A stretch of 64,000 bases of DNA from Ruminococcaceae bacterium UBA3903 (GTDB lineage Bacteria > Bacillota > Clostridia > Oscillospirales > Acutalibacteraceae): positions 5,900 through 69,899 of the forward strand of contig DGFJ01000007.1 in the NCBI GenBank assembly GCA_002391625.1, in the 5' to 3' direction. Positions within the stretch are counted from its first letter, which is position 1. Each line of letters begins with the position of its first letter. Below are positions 38,634 through 47,435 of this stretch, piece after piece. Below the pieces are notes generated by a model. It was given only the letters and a program-made list of their open reading frames with translations, did not search any database and was not told the DNA's origin. The position numbers and the translations under genes were made by a program.

Positions 38634-40778
38634 TTATAGGAACAATCTTGCAATGCTGGCAAACACAATGCAGGCAACGATTCCAATTAACGTTGGTATT
38701 ACAGCAGCCAGTAAAGTCCATTTTTTACTATTAGTTTCTTTTTTTATGGTCATTAATGTTGTAGAACAAGGCCAATGCATCAAGGAAAACATCATCATAC
38801 AAATAGCAGTAACCCACGACCAGCCATTATCAACAAACAGCTGTTTCATTTGAACCAAACTATCTAATTCTAAAATACTTCCCTGTGCCATATATGCCAT
38901 GATTATTATTGGAATAACAATTTCGTTTGCTGGAAATCCCAGTATAAAAGCAATAAGTATTACACCATCCAACCCCATTAGCTGTGCAAATGGATCTAAA
39001 AATGCCGCACAATGATTTAGCAAGCTAACATCACCAATATAAATATTTGCCAGTAACCAAATAACTAACCCCGCAGGTGCTGCTACAACTATGGCTCTGC
39101 CCAAAACAAATAATGTCCTGTCGAAAATAGAACGTACAATGACCCTGCCAATCTGTGGTCTTCTATAGGGTGGCAGCTCCAATGTAAAAGAGGATGGAAC
39201 ACCTTTTAACAAAGTTTTTGACAGCAAACGTGTTACGCCAAATGTTATTAATACACCTGCCAAAATAACAATGGTCAGCAACAGTGCAGATAATAATGAT
39301 GAAAAAGCACCCCCAGCAGCACCAATAAAAAACATTGTTAGTATGGCAATCAATGTTGGAAATCTACCATTACAAGGTACGAAATTGTTGGTAAGAATCG
39401 CCAACAACCGTTCCCTTGGAGAATCTATTATACGACAGCCAACAACGCCCGCTGCATTACAGCCAAATCCCATACACATAGTAAGAGCCTGCTTGCCACA
39501 GGCACAGCAACGTTTAAAGGGCTTATCTAAATTATATGCAACTCGTGGCAGATAGCCTGCATCCTCAAGCAAGGTAAACAAGGGGAAAAATATGGCCATT
39601 GGTGGCAGCATAACAGATACAACCCATGCCAAAACACGGTACATTCCCAATACTAAAATTCCGTTTAGCCATTCTGGAGCATGAATATAATTAAAAAAAT
39701 CTGTTAGTCTGTCCTGAAACCAAAACAATCCGTCAGCAATTAGCTGTGATGGGTAATTGGCCCCTGCTATGGTAATCCAAAAAATAAAGGCAAGCAGAAG
39801 AAGCATAACTGGATAGCCTGTTGCTCTACTTGTTAATATTTTATCTATTTTTCTATCAGAAACACTATATTTATTTTTTTCATATGTAACTGCGTTGTCG
39901 CACACTCGCTCTGCCAAATTAACTAATGCAGTAACAATCATATCTTTAAATTTATCTGACGTAATTCCTGCTTGTGCCAGCATTTTATGTGCTTTCTCTA
40001 ATGCTATAAACAGCTCTGGACTTTTCAAGAAATCCTCACCAAAGTATGAGTTAATTTCCTGTACAAGGGATTCGTCCTCATCTAACAGTTTTAAGCTTAA
40101 CCATCGACTGTTTAATTTATTTAAAGATTTCTTTCTTACTATTGGTTCAATAATTCCAATGGCTTCTTCAATTATTTCTGGATATTGTATCTGTAAGGGC
40201 GAATTTTGTGTTGTATTACCAGTCACTTTATCTAAGGTATTCATTAGCACAGAAAGGCTCTTTGTTTTTCGTGCAACCGTACTAACAACAGGTACTCCCA
40301 ATCTTTTAGATATTGCAGTCAGGTCAATGGTAATGTTTTTTCGTTTAGCTTCATCCATTAAATTTACGCAGACAATCACCTTTTTAGAAATTTCTATGGT
40401 TTGTAAAACAAGATTTAAATTTCTTTCCAGACAAGTTGCATCACATACAACGACAACAGCGTCAGGATCACCGAAGCAAATGAAATTTCGTGCTACCTCC
40501 TCTTCAGCGGAATGAGCCATAAGTGAGTAGGTTCCAGGAATATCTACCATAACATACGACTGGTTTTTTGTAGAACAATAGCCCTGAGCGTTAGCAACAG
40601 TTTTTCCCGGCCAATTACCGGTATGCTGATTCATACCGGTTAGTCCGTTAAAAACTGTACTTTTACCTACATTTGGGTTACCAGCTAAAGCAATAACCTT
40701 ATCGCTTTTTCTTTGCTTTTTAATTTCAAGACCAGAATCTACCGCCTTAATTCCTAACGAACTGTTTGTCAAGCCCAT
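38634..40778 (-). CDS. feoB: Ferrous iron transporter FeoB
   Basis: An N-terminal G-domain (GNPNVGKST, DIPGTYS, NLMD) followed by a large polytopic permease. It overlaps the feoA stop by 10 nt. Confidence 0.95.
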   Translation of the reverse strand: MGLTNSSLGIKAVDSGLEIKKQRKSDKVIALAGNPNVGKSTVFNGLTGMNQHTGNWPGKTVANAQGYCSTKNQSYVMVDIPGTYSLMAHSAEEEVARNFICFGDPDAVVVVCDATCLERNLNLVLQTIEISKKVIVCVNLMDEAKRKNITIDLTAISKRLGVPVVSTVARKTKSLSVLMNTLDKVTGNTTQNSPLQIQYPEIIEEAIGIIEPIVRKKSLNKLNSRWLSLKLLDEDESLVQEINSYFGEDFLKSPELFIALEKAHKMLAQAGITSDKFKDMIVTALVNLAERVCDNAVTYEKNKYSVSDRKIDKILTSRATGYPVMLLLLAFIFWITIAGANYPSQLIADGLFWFQDRLTDFFNYIHAPEWLNGILVLGMYRVLAWVVSVMLPPMAIFFPLFTLLEDAGYLPRVAYNLDKPFKRCCACGKQALTMCMGFGCNAAGVVGCRIIDSPRERLLAILTNNFVPCNGRFPTLIAILTMFFIGAAGGAFSSLLSALLLTIVILAGVLITFGVTRLLSKTLLKGVPSSFTLELPPYRRPQIGRVIVRSIFDRTLFVLGRAIVVAAPAGLVIWLLANIYIGDVSLLNHCAAFLDPFAQLMGLDGVILIAFILGFPANEIVIPIIIMAYMAQGSILELDSLVQMKQLFVDNGWSWVTAICMMMFSLMHWPCSTTLMTIKKETNSKKWTLLAAVIPTLIGIVACIVFASIARLFL

Positions 40779-41029
40779 TTTTCTGTTCCTCCTTGACAGG
40801 AGTCTATCAGAATATTTTTACAATCATCTGAACGTATTGCAATTACTGCACCTCGAATTAGGAAAGCTGATGGATCGCCCCCTGGGCTGCGACCTAAGCA
40901 CTCTATATGTGTATTTTCAACTAATCCAATATCCAGCAACCGCCTTCTCATACTTCCTGAAGAATTAAGTGCACTTACAATCCCACGCTCACCTGGTTTT
41001 ATATCATTTAAATTATAATATCTATTCAT
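40769..41029 (-). CDS. feoA: FeoA-family protein
   Basis: An 86-aa SH3-like FeoA (RRRLLDIGLVENT) immediately upstream of feoB. Confidence 0.85.
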   Translation of the reverse strand: MNRYYNLNDIKPGERGIVSALNSSGSMRRRLLDIGLVENTHIECLGRSPGGDPSAFLIRGAVIAIRSDDCKNILIDSCQGGTEKWA

Positions 41030-41049
41030 AGTGTTATCGCCCTTCGAAT

Positions 41050-41071
41050 AAAGTTAGGATAAGGAAACTTT
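41050..41071. promoter_or_regulatory. Candidate metalloregulator operator in the feoAB / dtxR-family divergent region
   Basis: AAAGTT-aggataagga-AACTTT is an inverted repeat with 6-bp arms. Its right half, TAAGGAAAC, resembles what I recall of MntR-type half sites. Confidence 0.3.
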
Positions 41072-41133
41072 CTACTGATAGAATATTCAGGTGTAATAGA
41101 AAGTGTTACATATATATTTAAGGGAGTATAGCA

Positions 41134-41574
41134 ATGAATAATGCAGATGAATTTTATACAATAAAAGGTTATCAGCTAAACCAACATATAGGCTTAACCA
41201 GTGCAATGGAGGACTATCTAGAGATGATTTATCGTATGCTTCAGCATAGTCAACAGGTCAGAGTTAATGAGCTGTCTAAAAGTCTGCACGTAAAGCCGTC
41301 ATCTACTTCAAAGATGGTTCAACAATTAAGTGATTTAGGCTACATACAAGGAAAAAAGTATGGTGTTATTGCTATTACTGACAAGGGTGAGGATTTAGGT
41401 AGATATTTATTACACCGTCACAATATCATCCATGATTTTTTACGGTTACTAAATCATTCTGATACTGAATTGGAGGAGGCAGAAAAAATTGAGCATTTTC
41501 TAAGTAAAAGAACAGTGGAAAACCTAAATAATCTAACTAATACATTAATCGCAAATAAAATATTTAACTTGTAA
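41134..41574 (+). CDS. DtxR/MntR-family metal-dependent transcriptional repressor
   Basis: A 146-aa protein with EDYLEMIY at the N-terminus, a winged HTH (VRVNELSKSLHVKPSSTSKMVQQL), and a metal-binding helix (HRHNIIHDFL). It is divergent from feoAB. Confidence 0.85.
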   Translation: MNNADEFYTIKGYQLNQHIGLTSAMEDYLEMIYRMLQHSQQVRVNELSKSLHVKPSSTSKMVQQLSDLGYIQGKKYGVIAITDKGEDLGRYLLHRHNIIHDFLRLLNHSDTELEEAEKIEHFLSKRTVENLNNLTNTLIANKIFNL

Positions 41575-41587
41575 CAGATATGAACAA

Positions 41588-41779
41588 CTTACCCTTTACC
41601 TACTTGGCAATTTGGTAATTGACGGTGACTCACCGCCATCCTACTACAATACCGTACATGCCCTTTGACATATGGCGTTTTGATTATTCAAAGCTGTGCC
41701 TATTGGCTGTGTGTTTCCCACTACTAGGGAAAACTAGGGGACCTTAATCCATTAAGCTTACGCCAATTCAGGGCAAACC
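41588..41779 (-). ncRNA. Candidate structured small RNA, unclassified (a 6S-like rod is one possibility)
   Basis: A roughly 190-nt island that looks more G+C-rich than its AT-rich intergenic surroundings and has no ORF. The ends pair (UUGCCCU/AGGGUAA and UUGGC/GCCAA). There are internal hairpins at UUUCCC-UAGUAGU-GGGAAA and GGCGGUG-AGU-CACCGUC. Three helices contain G-U pairs only when read on the minus strand. Confidence 0.3.
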
Positions 41780-41826
41780 AAAAAAAATCAGGTGATAGCG
41801 AAATTACTATCACCTGATTAATATTT
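41780..41826. terminator. Bidirectional Rho-independent terminator (ilvE on the minus strand, dtxR-family gene on the plus strand)
   Basis: A perfect 12-bp stem, ATCAGGTGATAG / CTATCACCTGAT, with an 8-nt loop. It is flanked by A8 upstream (U8 on the minus strand) and by TAATATTTTTA downstream. Confidence 0.8.
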
Positions 41827-41896
41827 TTATGTTTCTAATTTTTGAGAACTATTTATAAGCGATTTACATTTAAGTTAGCTGCAAACAAGCTTAATA

Positions 41897-42964
41897 TTAA
41901 ACCTCAACTGTCCAACCCATTGTATCTTCTATTTTACCCCATTGGATTCCTGTTAAGTTATCGTACAATTTTTGAGTAATTTCACCTATTTCGCCATTGT
42001 TAATTGACATCACCTTATCGCCCCATTTTAGCTCACCAATAGGAGAAATAACAGCAGCTGTACCTGAACCAAAGGCCTCCTGAAGCTTGCCATCGTCATA
42101 TGCCTTGGCAACCTCGTCAATAGATAGATGACGTTCCTCAACCTCATATCCCCATGAACGCAATAACTCAATAGAGGACATACGTGTTATACCTGATAAA
42201 ATTGAACCCTGTAGACTAGGAGTAATAATCTTATTATCAATAATGAAAAATACATTCATTGTGCCAACCTCTTCAATGTACTTTCTTTCCACACCGTCTA
42301 GCCACAGAACCTGTGTATATCCCAGCTTTTCAGACTCATCCTGAGCTTTCAGTGAAGCAGCGTAGTTACCAGCGGTTTTTGTAAAGCCCATACCACCTCT
42401 AACGGCACGAACATAGTTCTGCTCAACGTAAATTCTAACTGGGTTTAGTCCCTCTGGATAATAAGCACCAACTGGTGAACAAATAACAGCAAATGTTAAA
42501 TGATGTGCAGGATGTACACCAACAGCAGCATCTGTAGCAAATATAAAAGGACGCAGGTACAGTGATGTACCCTCAGCAGTAGGAATCCATGGCTCTTCTA
42601 TTTCTACAAGCTTCTTTATTGCCTCAACACAGAAGGCCTCGTCAACCTGTGGAATACACAAGCGTTCATTAGACACGTTTAATCTAGCCATATTTTTCTC
42701 AGGTCTGAACAATAATGTTTTGCCATCAGCATTTTTGTAAGCCTTCATACCCTCAAAAACTTCTTGACCGTAATGCAGGCACATAGCAGCAGGTGACAGC
42801 TCAAAAGGTCCAAATGGGACAATTCTTGGGTTATGCCAACCCTCGCCCTTATCATAGTTCATTACAAACATATGGTCTGTGAATATTTTACCAAATCCCA
42901 AAGAACCTTGGTCTGTTGGTTTTTGTTTTGGATTTTTTGTTAGTTCAATTTTAATCTGTTCCAT
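41897..42964 (-). CDS. ilvE: Branched-chain amino acid aminotransferase
   Basis: A 355-aa fold-type IV PLP enzyme with FEGMKAY and [11 protein letters not shown] (Lys region) motifs. Confidence 0.9.
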   Translation of the reverse strand: MEQIKIELTKNPKQKPTDQGSLGFGKIFTDHMFVMNYDKGEGWHNPRIVPFGPFELSPAAMCLHYGQEVFEGMKAYKNADGKTLLFRPEKNMARLNVSNERLCIPQVDEAFCVEAIKKLVEIEEPWIPTAEGTSLYLRPFIFATDAAVGVHPAHHLTFAVICSPVGAYYPEGLNPVRIYVEQNYVRAVRGGMGFTKTAGNYAASLKAQDESEKLGYTQVLWLDGVERKYIEEVGTMNVFFIIDNKIITPSLQGSILSGITRMSSIELLRSWGYEVEERHLSIDEVAKAYDDGKLQEAFGSGTAAVISPIGELKWGDKVMSINNGEIGEITQKLYDNLTGIQWGKIEDTMGWTVEV

Positions 42965-43063
42965 TATTTATACCCCTCAGTTAAATTTACTAAATTTTGC
43001 AATTTTTATTTTATCACTTATTATTGCATTTTGCAAGCTACCACAACAAATACTGCAAAATTG

Positions 43064-43942
43064 TTATTCTATCATCACTTTTTTCATATCCTTAGGCAAA
43101 TCAGCAGAAAGAAAGATTTCTTTTTCTGTTACCGGATGCAGAAAACCCACTTCACCGCAATGCAATGCCTGTCTATTAATTGCTTTTAAGCTACCGCCAT
43201 ACATATCATCACCAGCCAAAGGATAGCCAATGTATGACATATGCACCCTAATTTGATGTGTCCTGCCCGTTTCTAATTTAATAGCTAACAATGTATGATT
43301 GCTGCTAAATTTTATTGGTTTATAGTGGGTTATTGCTGTTATACCACAAACGCCTGCTTGTCGCTGGATTGTATGGCCTTCCTTCAAGGCTATTTTTGCA
43401 TTAACTGTACCTTCGACCTTTAGCTGTCCATCACAAATAGCATAATAGGTTTTATCAATATTTTTCCCTAAAATAGCCGCAGCATATTTATTTTTAGCAA
43501 TGACCACCAGCCCTGTAGTATCACGGTCCAATCTGTTAATTGCACGAAAGGTTCGTATTTCGGATTTTGACTGCATATAATAGGCAACACCATTTGCTAA
43601 TGTATCTGTAACATGGTTATGTGTTGGGTGGACAGGCATATATGGTGGCTTATTAATTACCATTAAATGCTCATCCTCATAAATAATGTCTAAATCCATT
43701 TTTATAGGAATTATATCGTTCCTGTCAGCTGGCAAATTAATCACAACTTCATCACCGTTATACACTTTATCAATGGCTCTTATATGCTCCCCATTACAGG
43801 TAATTCCTAATGGAGTTTGTTTTAGCTTAATTAGCATACGAGTTGAAACACCGCAGTGATTTTTCAAAAAGTCCTTTACAGTTATGTCATTATGATTTTT
43901 TGTGACCTGAAAAGTTATATTTGTATTATTCATAAACCCCAC
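43064..43942 (-). CDS. RluA-family (RluD-like) pseudouridine synthase
   Basis: An S4-like N-terminus, the catalytic motif NRLDRDTTGLVV, and HQIRVH. Confidence 0.85.
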   Translation of the reverse strand: MGFMNNTNITFQVTKNHNDITVKDFLKNHCGVSTRMLIKLKQTPLGITCNGEHIRAIDKVYNGDEVVINLPADRNDIIPIKMDLDIIYEDEHLMVINKPPYMPVHPTHNHVTDTLANGVAYYMQSKSEIRTFRAINRLDRDTTGLVVIAKNKYAAAILGKNIDKTYYAICDGQLKVEGTVNAKIALKEGHTIQRQAGVCGITAITHYKPIKFSSNHTLLAIKLETGRTHQIRVHMSYIGYPLAGDDMYGGSLKAINRQALHCGEVGFLHPVTEKEIFLSADLPKDMKKVMIE

Positions 43943-43943
43943 A

Positions 43944-44234
43944 CTACTTTCCCAAAAGAATACTAATTAACAAAATCACAAAAACCTCTGCTAAAAAAAT
44001 AGCTGGTATTCCAATCATGAATTTTAATTTTCTAGTTTTATGTCTAATAATATGCATGGTTATATACATTCCCACTGCCCCGCCAAATGCAGACACTAAC
44101 AGTAACGTAGCCTCTTTAACTCGCCAGCCATGGTGAACTGCTCTATATTTATCAAGGATTGTTATTATTACAGCAAACAGGTTAACAGCAATTAAATATG
44201 TAATGATTATAGTTATATGCCAAGGCAGTTCCAT
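43944..44234 (-). CDS. DUF1294 membrane protein
   Basis: The pattern DKYRAVHHGWRVKEATLLLVSAFGGAVGMYITMHIIRHKTRKLKF is typical of DUF1294. Confidence 0.8.
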   Translation of the reverse strand: MELPWHITIIITYLIAVNLFAVIITILDKYRAVHHGWRVKEATLLLVSAFGGAVGMYITMHIIRHKTRKLKFMIGIPAIFLAEVFVILLISILLGK

Positions 44235-44317
44235 AAATTAGCTCCTTTTGTAATAAATGAAGTGATATTTGCTTATATATATAGCAAGATAAAATCAAGG
44301 AAAGGATTAATAATAAA

Positions 44318-45586
44318 ATGGTTTATCGAATAAAAATTAAGTCACCATTTGTAGTAGCTGTTTCATTGTTGCTGGTTACTGTAATTTTATCAATAATAAT
44401 AACAGGAAACAATGGTCAACAGAAAAAAGCCCTTGATGCCAACCAAGCTTCAATATCTACAGAGCTAACACAATTTCAACCTGTTAATGGGGAATATAAA
44501 AAGCACAGCGGGGATATGCAGGCTGTTTGGGTGTCATACCTATCCCTGTCATTGAAGGATGATTTCAGCGAACAAGCTTTCAAGGAGAATTTTGACAATA
44601 TAATAAAAACAGCAAAGGAACATAAAATTAATACCTTAATAGTCCATGTGCGTCCATTTGGTGATGCTTTATATCCATCTAAATATTATCCTTGGTCACA
44701 TATTTTAACAGGCACACAAGGAAACGACCCAGGGTATGACCCACTAAAATACATGATAGAAGCCACACATAACGCTGGTTTGGAGTTTCAAGCATGGATA
44801 AATCCTTTGCGAATAAAATCCAAGGATATACCAAAGACCCTGTGTGACAGCAGTTTATTTAATAAATGGAACAAGGAGGATAAAACAAAGGACTATGTTT
44901 TATCCTATGAGGATGGTTATTACTTAAATCCAGCCATAGACGAGGTAAGAGAAACAATTATTAATGGTGTTCAAGAAATAGTAGAAAACTATGCTGTAGA
45001 TGGAATACATTTTGATGATTATTTTTATCCCACAGAAGACAGCTCCTTTGATAAAACCTCATATAAGGCATATTTAGATAGCCTAGATGACGAGTGTGTT
45101 CCACTGACGCTAAACGACTGGAGATGTGCTAATATAAACAAATTAATTGCTGGGGTTTATGGAAAAATTCACTCTATAACAAATAACGTAGAGTTTGGGA
45201 TTTCTCCACAATGTAACATAAATAATGATATTAATATGGGTGCCGATGTGTACTCCTGGTGCAGCACCTATGGATACATAGATTATGTCTGTCCACAGCT
45301 ATATGTAAATTTTGACCACGCACTTTTACCATTTAACACAACAGCTGACAAATGGAAAAAATTAATAACCAATGACAAAATAAAATTTTATATAGGGTTA
45401 GCTGTGTATAAGGCAGGCAGTGATGTAGATGATGGCACATGGGAAAAATCTAATGATATATTAAAGCAAGAAATAGAATATGGAAAAGAAATTGGCGTAG
45501 ATGGATTTATGCTATATGACATTGAATATCTGGTTAAAGAACAAACACAAAAAGAAGTGGAAAATGTTATGTCTGTTTTAAATTAA
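44318..45586 (+). CDS. Glycosyl hydrolase-like family 10 (GHL10 / YngK-like) protein, signal-anchored
   Basis: An N-terminal TM anchor with TIM-barrel-like motifs VHVRPFGDALYPS and DGIHFDDYFYP. Confidence 0.7.
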   Translation: MVYRIKIKSPFVVAVSLLLVTVILSIIITGNNGQQKKALDANQASISTELTQFQPVNGEYKKHSGDMQAVWVSYLSLSLKDDFSEQAFKENFDNIIKTAKEHKINTLIVHVRPFGDALYPSKYYPWSHILTGTQGNDPGYDPLKYMIEATHNAGLEFQAWINPLRIKSKDIPKTLCDSSLFNKWNKEDKTKDYVLSYEDGYYLNPAIDEVRETIINGVQEIVENYAVDGIHFDDYFYPTEDSSFDKTSYKAYLDSLDDECVPLTLNDWRCANINKLIAGVYGKIHSITNNVEFGISPQCNINNDINMGADVYSWCSTYGYIDYVCPQLYVNFDHALLPFNTTADKWKKLITNDKIKFYIGLAVYKAGSDVDDGTWEKSNDILKQEIEYGKEIGVDGFMLYDIEYLVKEQTQKEVENVMSVLN

Positions 45587-46861
45587 CTCTCCTATACATT
45601 TAGACGCTGTTACATTTGTAATCTTAATCCTTCGTATTTCACCGCCAATAGGCTCATTCGTCTTTACCACAACAGGTGTGTAGTTCCTTGTATAGCCATC
45701 AAAGGTTCCCTCGTGTGGCGTTTCAAATAAAACCTCTTCCACCCTGCCTATTTGATTATGCAGCGATTGAATTCTGGTTTCATCAGTTATAGCTATCATT
45801 TTTACAGAACGTTTTTTCTTTGTTATTTCATCCACCTGATTAGGTGCTTTATCAGCAACAGTACCAGGGCGGCGTGAATATTCAAAAACGTGTGCCTTAT
45901 CAAAGGCTACCACCTTAGCGAACTCTAAGGATTGGTTAAACTCCAAATCAGTTTCACCAGGAAAGCCAACCATTATATCTGTTGTTATGGTACAGTTATC
46001 AAACGCATTCCTTAGATTGTTGACTATTTCCAAATAATCAGCGGTGTTATAATGTCTGTTCATACGTTTAAGTGTTTCATCACAGCCACTTTGTAACGAC
46101 AGATGGAACTGTGGGCAAAGCTTATCCATTTTTGATATTCTATTAATAGTGTTAATGTCCATCCGCTCAGGCTCCAATGAGCCAAGACGCACCCTCTCAA
46201 TACCGTCCACACTACAAGCAGCCTCAATAGCATCTGCTAAATCCATATTAAGCTCTTGACCATATGCTGATAAGTTTATCCCCACCAATACAATCTCCTT
46301 GTAGCCGCTGTCAGCTAGTCTTGTAAGCTCCTCTAATATGCTGTCCAATGATTTTGAACGTACCCTGCCACGGGCATAGGGAATAATACAATATGAACAA
46401 AAGCGGTTACAGCCATCCTCTATTTTAACAAAGGCACGGGTACGTTCGTTAAAGGTTGAAACTATCATAGGTTCAAAAGCATCATCCTTGGAATGGTCCG
46501 ATACATCTATAATTCTTTGTGGATTTAGCAAATACCTTTCAATAGCTGGTAAAAGCTTACCTCTATTGCGATTGCCAAGTATTATGTCAGCATCACCAAG
46601 GCGTATATCATTAGGAAACGCTTGGGATAAACAGCCAGTTAATATAATTATACAATGTGGGTTTTCTCTGCGAACCCTATGCAGCAGCTTAACTGCCTTA
46701 CTATCGCTGACAGAGGTTACTGTACAGGAGTTAATCACAACAATATCTGCTAAATTTTTATCATCAATATGTGTATAGCCAGAATTAATAAGTTTTTCGT
46801 GCATAATTTGTGATTCGTACTGGTTAACCTTACAACCAAGTGTTATAATGTAGAATTTCAT
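45578..46861 (-). CDS. mtaB: Radical SAM methylthiotransferase, MtaB-like (tRNA ms2t6A37)
   Basis: The MTTase N-terminus MKFYIITLGCKVNQYES, the radical SAM motif CNRFCSYC, and a C-terminal TRAM domain. The start is moved from 47152 to 46861, since the 97 upstream codons look non-coding. Confidence 0.75.
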   Translation of the reverse strand: MKFYIITLGCKVNQYESQIMHEKLINSGYTHIDDKNLADIVVINSCTVTSVSDSKAVKLLHRVRRENPHCIIILTGCLSQAFPNDIRLGDADIILGNRNRGKLLPAIERYLLNPQRIIDVSDHSKDDAFEPMIVSTFNERTRAFVKIEDGCNRFCSYCIIPYARGRVRSKSLDSILEELTRLADSGYKEIVLVGINLSAYGQELNMDLADAIEAACSVDGIERVRLGSLEPERMDINTINRISKMDKLCPQFHLSLQSGCDETLKRMNRHYNTADYLEIVNNLRNAFDNCTITTDIMVGFPGETDLEFNQSLEFAKVVAFDKAHVFEYSRRPGTVADKAPNQVDEITKKKRSVKMIAITDETRIQSLHNQIGRVEEVLFETPHEGTFDGYTRNYTPVVVKTNEPIGGEIRRIKITNVTASKCIGELI

Positions 46862-47029
46862 AAATAATTTATCTCCAAATATAGAATAATTTGTCAAAAT
46901 CCTTTGAACAATCATAGAATATGTTAAGCAATTCGTTGAAGAATTTAGCTTATTTCGTTTTTTAGTTGACCTTCTCAAACCTAAGTGGTAAGATAATACA
47001 CGATAATTATAGGTATTGGAGGAAGTAAA

Positions 47030-47272
47030 ATGTATAGCACAACTATTTCTATTCCTAATATTGACGCTGCAAAAAATTTTGTAGACGTTATGGGAAAATA
47101 CAACGGTTTTTTTATGCAGATTAAAAGTGAGAATCTTACTATTGACCCTCACTCAATCATGGGTGTGTTAAGCCTAGACTTAACAAAAAAACTAACTTTG
47201 GAAACAGACGAAAATTATCCACAGGAATTTATTAGTGACATCTCTTTGTTTGTTGTCGAACCAGAAGACTAA
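47030..47272 (+). CDS. HPr-like small protein lacking the His15 phosphorylation site
   Basis: HSIMGVLSLDL matches the HPr KSIMGVMSLGV region (Ser46 context). The GIHARPA His15 loop is replaced by NIDAAKNF. Confidence 0.55.
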   Translation: MYSTTISIPNIDAAKNFVDVMGKYNGFFMQIKSENLTIDPHSIMGVLSLDLTKKLTLETDENYPQEFISDISLFVVEPED

Positions 47273-47376
47273 GCTTGAATTAAGTATAAATTCAACCTAG
47301 ATAAAAGTCAATGATTAATGTGTTATCCCTTGTAATTGCTATATCAACAGTTATATCCGTAACATAATTCATTACA

Positions 47377-47415
47377 AAAGCCAACGTACATAAATTGTAT
47401 GTTGGCTTTTTGTTT
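47377..47415 (+). terminator. Rho-independent terminator after the HPr-like gene
   Basis: A 13-bp stem, AAAGCCAACGTAC / GTATGTTGGCTTT, with one G-U pair that forms only on the plus strand, followed by TTTTTGTTT. Confidence 0.7.
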
Positions 47416-47435
47416 ATATATTATGTATTATTATA

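Noticed and set aside
39271-40515. Plus-strand ORFs 39271-39555 and 39895-40515 inside feoB
   Set aside because: They are antisense shadows of feoB, whose G-domain and permease motifs are unambiguous.
41769-41779. CAGGGCAAACC on the plus strand, identical to the 5' core of GEMM-I (c-di-GMP-I) riboswitches
   Set aside because: The following sequence lacks the GNRA-capped P1 helix, the GACGCAAAGC segment and the second helix of GEMM-I. It runs straight into an A-tract and terminator, and there is no downstream plus-strand gene to regulate. I treat it as a chance match.
42965-43063. Possible T-box or riboswitch leader upstream of ilvE
   Set aside because: Only 99 nt are available. No T-box consensus (AAUUAGGGUGGUACCGCG-like), specifier hairpin or terminator/antiterminator pair is visible.
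42879-43226. 115-aa plus-strand ORF bridging the ilvE start and the rluD-like gene end
   Set aside because: It overlaps two confidently called minus-strand genes and the short promoter region between them. The sequence is hydrophobic and low-complexity, with no RBS.
46862-47152. 97-codon N-terminal extension of the mtaB ORF (track start at 47152)
   Set aside because: The extension (MRVNSKILTFNLHKK...) has no similarity to MTTase N-termini and would overlap the divergent HPr-like gene. The canonical MKFYIITLGCKVNQYES start is at 46861.
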